From contig NZ_SNUY01000045.1 of assembly GCF_004376175.1 (NCBI RefSeq), positions 1-28,711 of the forward strand: 28,711 nucleotides of DNA, read 5' to 3'. Source of the DNA: Halalkalibacterium halodurans. Its GTDB lineage: Bacteria > Bacillota > Bacilli > Bacillales > Bacillaceae_D. Of this stretch, positions 22,505-28,711 are shown in pieces. The translations under genes and the position numbers were made by a program. The notes under the pieces were generated by a model, which saw only the letters and a program-made list of their open reading frames with translations, did not search any database and was not told the origin of the DNA. How positions within the stretch are numbered: position 1 is the first letter of the stretch; each line of letters begins with the position of its first letter.

Positions 22505-24304
22505 GCATTCAGTTCTTTTCTCTTTTGTGGGTGGAGGAGCCCCGCAATCGCTCTTGACAAACACGCCAATGGTTTTGACTAAGGCTAAACAAGGGCGAAG
22601 GGGACAAAAGAAGGCATACCAAATAGCCCTTGGTTATTTCCATTTTAAACCATTGGCAAGTTCGGTTTGTCAAGAGTTCGCTACGCCGATTGCTGATGTT
22701 AGGGCTCAGCTAAACAAAAGCTAGGCAGTCTGATCAATCAACCATTGTTGAGCTAAGTCAATCAGCTTGGTCCAGCGTGCTGGCATGTTTGGAAGTTGTT
22801 CTAACTCTGGAATGAGAACAGGAACTTTACCTTCCAAGGCTGAATGCGGTCTTAGAAAGTTGAAGTAAGCCACAAATAAGGTCACAAATGATACGGATCC
22901 TTGTTCTGACCCGAATCCGTGAGTGGATCGGTAGTTGCCTTTAAAGGTTCGATTCAGTCTCTCAATAATCTGTTTTAGCGGTCTATATTCCTTGGAGACT
23001 TCATCTTCATTGGTTAAGCCGATGACTTGTATTACGTCAAATGGAATCTCATGTTGGGAAAAGAAATGCTGTGCTAACAAGTAGATTGGGTTTCCATCGA
23101 CAACGAATGTAAGGTTCTCAGGAATCTCTTTCAGCTTAAGTAATACTTCGTCAATCGCTCGAATGGCGGTCGCTGTGTCTCGATTTGGTGAGACAGGGTA
23201 TGAGAGAATCACCTTTTTCACCGCATCAAAAAAGAAAAACAGATAGTGCCAACGACCATTCACACGGATATACGTTTCGTCACCACAGAATTGATCTGAA
23301 AGCTCATAAGGGTAGTGGTCGACGTAAGGCTTAAGCGTAAGTGCTACACTGTTTTCGTAGTTTAAAATGCTTTGGTGAGAAATGGATACACCATGAATAT
23401 CTTTCATCAGTGCAGCTGTTTTACGAGCGGATAGCCCGTAATTCACGTGATACGTCAGAATGAGTCCAAGTGTATGTGGAGACACATAAAGCCTTGATAA
23501 ATCGACTTTTGGCTTCTTGGGTGAATGTTTCGCTAACGGTTGATAGTCAATGTGAAACTGGCGGTAAATATACCGCATTTTAAAGGCTTGAGGGTCTTCT
23601 TTGAACCGTTTTTTCTCTTTTTGTGACATTCTACTCAATTTCTTTTGGTAGTAGGAACAGTCATTGTTTTTACACTTAAACACATTAAAGTCTTTTCTTT
23701 CCTTGATTTTTTCAAGAGTCTTGGCACAGTGAGGGCACTTAAGGATGGCCTCTTTGAGATAGCGGCTTTTTTGATTAAAAAGACAGGAACACACCTTACA
23801 TTGAAACTGTCCTTTCCCTCCATTATTGGCATACAAATACTCGGATGGAGCACCACACTTTGGACATTTCATTGACGCAGGAACAGGTGTTGAATTAGAA
23901 CGTCTCTGTACCGGTTTAAGAGGCTTTCCATTCGCCGCCAGATGCTCAGTTAATAACTGTTTAAAATCAAGTTTTTCTGGTACTTCAATGATCGGCAGAT
24001 CGTCGACTTGAAGTTTCCGATAAGGTTTGTTCACTGGCGCTTCTATTGGCTTATCAAACATGCTTTTCCCAATCAGTAGGGTAAGCAACGTTCGAATCAT
24101 TTGTTCTTGATAGTTTATTAACATAAGTAAATAGGTTATAATTTGAGGTAACAACTTGTCACATCCTTTTTTCTTAAGGGGATTGATGTCGTGTGGTTAC
24201 CTCATCAATACCTTAGAATTCAGGGGGGTGGCAAGTTTTTTGCTTATAAAGCCCTCTAATATAGGATTTATTAACCTATTTCTATATAAAGTTTTGACAA
24301 TACG
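22472..24304 (-). mobile_element. IS6-family-like insertion sequence (1833 bp)
   Basis: The terminal inverted repeats are GGTAATGTCAAAAGTT (22472-22487) and the reverse complement of 24289-24304, CGTATTGTCAAAACTT, matching 13/16. They resemble the IS26/IS257 ends GGTTCTGTTGCAAAGTT from memory. It has an 8-bp TSD and a single DDE transposase gene. Confidence 0.8.
22721..24154 (-). CDS. DDE transposase with N-terminal Cys-rich zinc-finger region (IS6-like)
   Basis: 477-aa ORF with CPKCG...CKVC and CPHC...CKNNDC clusters. GDETYIRVNGRWHYLFFFFD and IERLNRTFKGNYRSTHGF are IS6-like catalytic-region motifs. The start codon is uncertain (TTG at 24154). Confidence 0.7.
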   Translation of the reverse strand: MLPQIITYLLMLINYQEQMIRTLLTLLIGKSMFDKPIEAPVNKPYRKLQVDDLPIIEVPEKLDFKQLLTEHLAANGKPLKPVQRRSNSTPVPASMKCPKCGAPSEYLYANNGGKGQFQCKVCSCLFNQKSRYLKEAILKCPHCAKTLEKIKERKDFNVFKCKNNDCSYYQKKLSRMSQKEKKRFKEDPQAFKMRYIYRQFHIDYQPLAKHSPKKPKVDLSRLYVSPHTLGLILTYHVNYGLSARKTAALMKDIHGVSISHQSILNYENSVALTLKPYVDHYPYELSDQFCGDETYIRVNGRWHYLFFFFDAVKKVILSYPVSPNRDTATAIRAIDEVLLKLKEIPENLTFVVDGNPIYLLAQHFFSQHEIPFDVIQVIGLTNEDEVSKEYRPLKQIIERLNRTFKGNYRSTHGFGSEQGSVSFVTLFVAYFNFLRPHSALEGKVPVLIPELEQLPNMPARWTKLIDLAQQWLIDQTA

Positions 24305-24312
24305 GCCGGCGA
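24305..24312. repeat. Target-site duplication, right copy (GCCGGCGA)
   Basis: See 22464-22471. It is followed by TAG, the original stop of the permease gene, and by the SD of the next gene. Confidence 0.8.
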
Positions 24313-24327
24313 TAGAGGGGGGATAGA

Positions 24328-25317
24328 ATGAAAAAGGATACGCTTCTTTCAGTACGAGAGCTGAAAACATACTTTTATACGGAAAGCGGTGCGGTTCCAT
24401 CGGTCAATGGGGTGTCCTTTGAAGTTAAACATGGGGAAACCGTGGCCGTTGTTGGTGAATCGGGCTGTGGCAAAAGCGTCACCTCCCTTTCCATTATGGG
24501 GCTTGTCCGCTCGCCGGGGAAAATCGTCGGCGGTGACATTCGATTCAATGGTCAAGACTTGATAACCATCAGCGAAAGGGAGTACCGGAAGCTAAGGGGA
24601 AATGAGTTGTCGATGATTTTTCAAGAGCCCCTGACGTCGCTCAATCCTTTGTTTACGATTGGCAACCAGCTAGGCGAAGTGATTTTGCAACATCAACAAG
24701 TGACAAAAGAGGAAGCGAAGCAGAAGGGGATCGAGATGTTAAAAAAGGTGGGGATTCCCCGTGCGGAGCAGGTCTATCGTTCCTATCCGCACCAATTAAG
24801 TGGCGGTATGCGCCAACGGGTGATGATCGCGATGGCCCTCGCATGTGAGCCGAAGCTACTCATTGCTGATGAGCCGACGACCGCCCTCGATGTGACGATC
24901 CAAGCGCAAATTTTGCAGCTTATGCGTAAGCTAGTGAAAGAAAACGATACGGCGATTTTGCTCATTACCCATGATCTTGGGGTGGTGGCCGAAATGGCTG
25001 ATACGGTGATCGTCATGTATGCTGGTCAAGTGGTGGAGCAAGCTGATGTGTTCACGTTGTTTGCGACTCCGGCCCATCCGTATACGCAAGGTCTGCTCGC
25101 AAGTACGCCAAACATTCATGCCAGTGGAGAAAAACTGCAATCGATTGAGGGAACCGTACCGACCCATGAGACGATGCCAAAAGGCTGTCGCTTTTTCCCC
25201 CGTTGTCCGCATGCTACTGAGCAGTGCGTGCATCAAGAGCCACCATTAATGAAAACCGGACGAGGACAGCACGTTCGCTGCTGGCTGTTCGATGGGAAGG
25301 AGGCGGCTTCTGGTTGA
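24328..25317 (+). CDS. ABC transporter ATP-binding protein (DppD/OppD-like)
   Basis: Walker A is GESGCGKS, the signature is LSGGMRQR and Walker B is [14 protein letters not shown]-terminal oligopeptide-type extension has CRFFPRCP. Confidence 0.92.
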   Translation: MKKDTLLSVRELKTYFYTESGAVPSVNGVSFEVKHGETVAVVGESGCGKSVTSLSIMGLVRSPGKIVGGDIRFNGQDLITISEREYRKLRGNELSMIFQEPLTSLNPLFTIGNQLGEVILQHQQVTKEEAKQKGIEMLKKVGIPRAEQVYRSYPHQLSGGMRQRVMIAMALACEPKLLIADEPTTALDVTIQAQILQLMRKLVKENDTAILLITHDLGVVAEMADTVIVMYAGQVVEQADVFTLFATPAHPYTQGLLASTPNIHASGEKLQSIEGTVPTHETMPKGCRFFPRCPHATEQCVHQEPPLMKTGRGQHVRCWLFDGKEAASG

Positions 25318-26312
25318 AAGAGGTGCTATTGGAAGCGAAAGGCCTGACGAAGCATTTTGACGTGAGCGAAGGGTTTTTCAAACGGAAAAAGGCGGTGCTC
25401 CGAGCGGTTGATGGGGTGGATTTGACGATTTATGCAGGGGAAACGCTCGGCATTGTCGGTGAATCAGGCTGCGGAAAGTCGACGCTTGGACAGCTACTCA
25501 TGCGTTTACTGGAACCGACACGTGGTACGCTATCGTTTGCAGGCAGTGATTTTTTAGCATTAAAAGGGGAGGCGCTGCGACAAAAGCGATCGGACATTCA
25601 AATCATATTCCAAGATCCGTTTTCCTCGCTCAATCCACGGATGACGGTGAGGGAGATTATTGGCGAACCGCTTAAGACGCATCGTCTCGCCAAGGGAAAT
25701 GACCTGATCAAGCGAGTGGATGAATTGATGGATGCGGTTGGTCTTGATCGTAGTTACGCCAAGCGCTATCCCCATGAATTCAGCGGGGGGCAGCGCCAAC
25801 GCATTGGGATTGCACGGGCGATTGCCCTAAAGCCGAAGCTCATTATTTGCGATGAACCGGTTTCGGCACTCGATGTGTCGATTCAGGCGCAAATTTTAAA
25901 TTTAATGGTACGATTGCAGAAGGAGTTTCAGCTGACGTTTCTTTTTATTGCCCACGGCTTGCCAGCTGTGAAACATATTAGTGACCGAATGGCCGTCATG
26001 TACTTAGGGAAGGTAGTAGAGCTTGCCTCTAAAGATGCCTTGTTTGCACAACCGATGCATCCTTACAGCGAAGGCTTGATCCAGGCGGTGCCGATCCCTG
26101 ATCCGACTGTTCGAAACGACAAGAAGTGGGTGACGCTGGAAGGGGATTTGCCAAGCCCGGTTCATCCACCGTCGGGCTGTCGCTTTCACCCTCGGTGCCC
26201 TTATGCGCAAGACAAATGCACCGTGCAGGAGCCGGCGTTGACGGAAAAAGAGCCTGGCCATTTTGTGGCGTGCCATTTCCCATTAGAAAAAACGAGAAAG
26301 GATCTGATGTAG
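25314..26312 (+). CDS. ABC transporter ATP-binding protein (DppF/OppF-like)
   Basis: The track ORF starts at 25224 inside the previous gene. An in-frame TTG at 25314 overlaps the previous TGA and follows GGGAAGGAGG. Motifs are [29 protein letters not shown] and CRFHPRCP. Confidence 0.9.
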   Translation: MKEVLLEAKGLTKHFDVSEGFFKRKKAVLRAVDGVDLTIYAGETLGIVGESGCGKSTLGQLLMRLLEPTRGTLSFAGSDFLALKGEALRQKRSDIQIIFQDPFSSLNPRMTVREIIGEPLKTHRLAKGNDLIKRVDELMDAVGLDRSYAKRYPHEFSGGQRQRIGIARAIALKPKLIICDEPVSALDVSIQAQILNLMVRLQKEFQLTFLFIAHGLPAVKHISDRMAVMYLGKVVELASKDALFAQPMHPYSEGLIQAVPIPDPTVRNDKKWVTLEGDLPSPVHPPSGCRFHPRCPYAQDKCTVQEPALTEKEPGHFVACHFPLEKTRKDLM

Positions 26313-27437
26313 GTGGACATAGGGGATAAAGGGGAGATGCTTTCGTTATTGAAAGCACTCGTGAACATAGACAGCGGTTCATATCATAAAGAAGGGGTGG
26401 ATCGAGTCGGACGAATGTTGACGAACGCCTTCAAACAGATCGGTTTCAAGGTGGCTATTTTTAAGCAAGAGCGCTATGGGGATCATCTTCTATTCACCCA
26501 TCCTCATGCGTTTGATCCGAAGATCCTGCTCGTCGCCCATATGGATACCGTGTTTCCTGTAGGCACAGCTGCTGTCCGTCCGTTTCAATTGATCGGAACC
26601 CGTGCGTATGGACCCGGTGTTATTGACATGAAGGGCAGTCTGGTGTCTTGCCTATATGCGATCAAGGCTCTTGTGGATGCCCAGTCTCCTGCTTTGAAAC
26701 AGGTGGCGATTTTAATGACGAGCGATGAAGAAATTGGCGCTCCCTCTGGCCGTGAGATCATTGAGAAAATAGGCGTTGGTAAGAAGGCCGTGCTCGTGAT
26801 GGAGCCTGCGCGTAAAGACGGCTCCCTTGTCACCGCCAGGCGGGGCGGCGGTCGCTATACGCTGAACGTCACGGGCAGGGCAGCTCACTCTGGGGTTGAA
26901 CCGGAAAAGGGACGAAGCGCCATTGAAGAGCTGGCACATAAAATTATGAAGCTGCATGCTTTGTCAGATTACGAATCGGGAATTAGCGTCAATGTCGGGG
27001 TGATTGAAGGAGGAACAGCGGTCAACACCGTCGCAGATCGCGCGAAGGCAAAAGTGGACATCCGCATTAGCAGGCTCGAACAGGCGGAGCCACTGGATCG
27101 GGACATTCGCCGGATCTGCGGCACACCGGATGTCGATGGGACGACGATTGAGTTGAAAGGCGGAATCACGCGCCCACCGATGGAGCGAAACGCCCAAACG
27201 GTTGCCCTTTTCCAATTGATCCAACAAGTAGCTTCCACAATCGGGCTCGAACTGACGGAAACAGCCACCGGTGGCAGCTCCGACGCCTCATTCACGTCAG
27301 CATTAGGCATCCCGACAATTGATGGCATGGGCCCTGTCGGCGGCTTTCCCCATAGCGAAAAGGAATATTTGCGAGTGGACACGATGCAAGAGCGTACCTT
27401 GCTGCTGGCGAAAGTCATTGAGCGTTTGTCGGAGTGA
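26313..27437 (+). CDS. M20-family metallopeptidase (carboxypeptidase G2 / glutamate carboxypeptidase-like)
   Basis: Motifs are AHMDTV, GPGVIDMKG and SDEEIG. The start is either GTG 26313 or ATG 26337. It is the last gene of the peptide-uptake operon. Confidence 0.85.
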   Translation: MDIGDKGEMLSLLKALVNIDSGSYHKEGVDRVGRMLTNAFKQIGFKVAIFKQERYGDHLLFTHPHAFDPKILLVAHMDTVFPVGTAAVRPFQLIGTRAYGPGVIDMKGSLVSCLYAIKALVDAQSPALKQVAILMTSDEEIGAPSGREIIEKIGVGKKAVLVMEPARKDGSLVTARRGGGRYTLNVTGRAAHSGVEPEKGRSAIEELAHKIMKLHALSDYESGISVNVGVIEGGTAVNTVADRAKAKVDIRISRLEQAEPLDRDIRRICGTPDVDGTTIELKGGITRPPMERNAQTVALFQLIQQVASTIGLELTETATGGSSDASFTSALGIPTIDGMGPVGGFPHSEKEYLRVDTMQERTLLLAKVIERLSE

Positions 27438-27489
27438 GGGTGGGTGGCGCGATACTCTGCAATCGTTTGGTACCTTACGATTAACTCAG

Positions 27490-27532
27490 ACGCTCATTAA
27501 TATGCACGCTCAATTTAATGAGCGTGTTTTTT
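27490..27532 (+). terminator. Intrinsic terminator of the transporter/peptidase operon
   Basis: An 11-bp perfect stem, ACGCTCATTAA (27490-27500) with TTAATGAGCGT (27515-27525), followed by GTTTTTT. Confidence 0.8.
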
Positions 27533-27564
27533 GTTAGAGATAACTTTCACAAACGAGACCTCTA

Positions 27565-27694
27565 ATAAAGGAGCATTCCTGTAATGAAGAAATTTGAGAA
27601 TTGAACAAAAAAGAGCCCTCTTGGTATGATACGAGGTGTCCAAAGCTTCGAAGCAAAAATGGACCCTTAAATTAGTAACCAAGGAGGACTCGAA
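27565..27694 (+). ncRNA. Candidate structured non-coding left end (bridge-RNA-like region) of the IS110 element
   Basis: 130 nt lie between the inferred IS end and the transposase ATG. Comparison with the second copy shows conserved blocks flanking a hairpin whose sequence is completely replaced but whose hairpin character is kept. Confidence 0.4.
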
Positions 27695-28711
27695 ATGAAT
27701 TATACACAAAATCAAAAAGTCTCGCAAATCACACCATCAACTCTCATTATTGGCATTGATATTGCCAAAGACAAACATGTCGCACGAGCTCAGGATGATC
27801 GTGGATTAGACTTTGGAAAGCGTTTGATCTTTGAAAATCGAATCTTTGGCTTTGAAGCCCTCATTGAGTGGGTAAAGCAACACCAAGCAAAACACAAGAA
27901 GAATCACGTCATTTTTGGTGTAGAACCAACAGGACATTATTGGAAGAGTCTTGCTTACTATCTAACGGCAAAAGGTTACGACTTTGTCGTCGTGAACCCA
28001 ATGCACGTTAAGAAAAGTAAAGAACTTGATGATAATTCTCCAACGAAAAACGATACGAAAGATGCGAAAGTGATCGCCCAGTTAATTAAAGATGGCCGAT
28101 ACTCTGTACCTAACCTCTTAGATGGCATTTATGCCGAACTAAGAGAATGCGTAAAAATTCGAGATCAGCTTACTGAACAATTAATGATCACAGAAGGGCG
28201 CATTCAAAATGTGATTCAACGCTACTTTCCAGAGTTTTTCGATGTATTTGGAGATTGGGAAGGAAAAGCAGCTCTCTGTACGCTAAAGATGTTTCCTTTT
28301 CCTTCTGATGTACAGAAATTGACACCAGAAATCGTTCTGGAAAAATGGAAGCCCTTTGTTAAACGAGGCGTTGGTATCAAGCGAGCAACGAAACTTGTAG
28401 AAACAGCCAAAAAGAGTATTGGGGTTAAGGTAGGTCTTTCATTTGCCAAGCTTGAGCTTACCTATCTTATTGAACAATATGAGTTGTATAAGAAGCAACT
28501 AGAAGAGTTAGACGGAGAACTAGAAGCTATAGTTGAAACATTACCTGGCGCTACACAAATGATGAACATTTCTGGCTTAGGGGCGGTGACTGTTGGATTA
28601 TTCTTTGCGGAAGTTGGGGACATTTCAAAGTACTCTCATCCTCAACAATTAGTGAACTTAGCAGGGCTATCATTACGTGAGCACAGTTCAGGTAAATTTA
28701 AAGGGCAAACA
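27695..28711 (+). CDS. IS110-family DEDD transposase/recombinase, 3'-truncated by the window edge
   Basis: It is absent from the ORF track because no stop is reached. I read 339 open codons from ATG 27695, with the SD AAGGAGG 7 nt upstream. Motifs are IGIDIAKDKH, GVEPTGHYW, VVVNPMHVK, KNDTKDAKVIAQL and ISGLGAVTVGLFFAEVGDISKY. Confidence 0.85.
   Translation, partial: MNYTQNQKVSQITPSTLIIGIDIAKDKHVARAQDDRGLDFGKRLIFENRIFGFEALIEWVKQHQAKHKKNHVIFGVEPTGHYWKSLAYYLTAKGYDFVVVNPMHVKKSKELDDNSPTKNDTKDAKVIAQLIKDGRYSVPNLLDGIYAELRECVKIRDQLTEQLMITEGRIQNVIQRYFPEFFDVFGDWEGKAALCTLKMFPFPSDVQKLTPEIVLEKWKPFVKRGVGIKRATKLVETAKKSIGVKVGLSFAKLELTYLIEQYELYKKQLEELDGELEAIVETLPGATQMMNISGLGAVTVGLFFAEVGDISKYSHPQQLVNLAGLSLREHSSGKFKGQT

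Larger units (their letters stand above)
27565..28711 (+). mobile_element. IS110-family insertion sequence, left part (runs off the right window edge)
   Basis: The left boundary is inferred from where the second, truncated copy (848-1012, minus) begins to align. No terminal inverted repeats are expected for this family. Confidence 0.7.

Noticed and set aside
22527-22724. 65-aa ORF inside the IS6-like element.
   Set aside because: It spans the long inverted-repeat structure, has no SD, and is probably a chance ORF.
24294-24327. Outward-facing TTGACA in the right terminal repeat of the IS6-like element, considered as a hybrid promoter for the downstream ATPase genes as seen with IS26/IS257.
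   Set aside because: At 16-18 nt downstream the sequence is GGGGGG/GATAGA with no -10-like hexamer, so a hybrid promoter is not supported by the sequence.
20575-25313. The long track starts for the first permease (20575) and the second ATPase (25224).
   Set aside because: Upstream extensions lack an SD or overlap the preceding gene. In-frame GTG 20623 and TTG 25314 have strong SDs and give canonical N-termini.

Overview
This window is a Firmicute, Bacillus-type chromosomal segment dominated by a complete subtype I-C (Dvulg) CRISPR-Cas locus. From memory and unverified, the repeat GTCGCACTCTTCATGGGTGCGTGGATTGAAAT and the Cas5d N-terminus are those of the Bacillus (Halalkalibacterium) halodurans I-C system.

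Layout, left to right:
- 1-847: the 3' part of an ISLre2-like IS.
- 848-1012 (minus): a truncated IS110-like left end.
- 1033-1316: a leaderless 4.5-repeat mini-array with variant repeats.
- 1707-9946: cas3, a 417-nt gap, then cas5-cas8c(+internal cas11)-cas7-cas4-cas1-cas2.
- 9947-13401: the leader and a 49-repeat array.
- 13672-16042 (minus): an AT-rich three-gene operon encoding an S8 protease lipoprotein, an acidic/basic secreted-membrane protein and an acidic small protein.
- 16542-17186 (minus): a membrane protein.
- 17637-17962: a 27-codon holin-like-toxin ORF with a convergent sRNA candidate.
- 18104-18893: two divergent XRE regulators.
- 19024-27437: a Dpp/Opp-type peptide ABC transporter operon plus an M20 peptidase. 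An IS6-like element with an 8-bp target duplication sits exactly between the last sense codon and the stop codon of the second permease gene.
- 27565 to the window end: an intact IS110-family element.

The most interesting signal is in the cas3-cas5 gap. It holds an antisense degenerate mini-CRISPR with its own promoter and terminator. The spacer-like segment of this RNA matches a TTC (I-C PAM)-flanked site 143 nt away at positions 1-5, 7-11, 13-17, 19 and 21. Three of the four mismatches within those 21 nt fall at positions 6, 12 and 18, which Cascade does not pair. The site lies just upstream of a 25-codon ORF with a consensus SD. This is the signature of a CreA/CreR-like, Cascade-guided (non-cleaving) autoregulatory or addiction module, which I am not aware of for this I-C locus.

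All calls come from reading the sequence by eye. No database search or folding was run.
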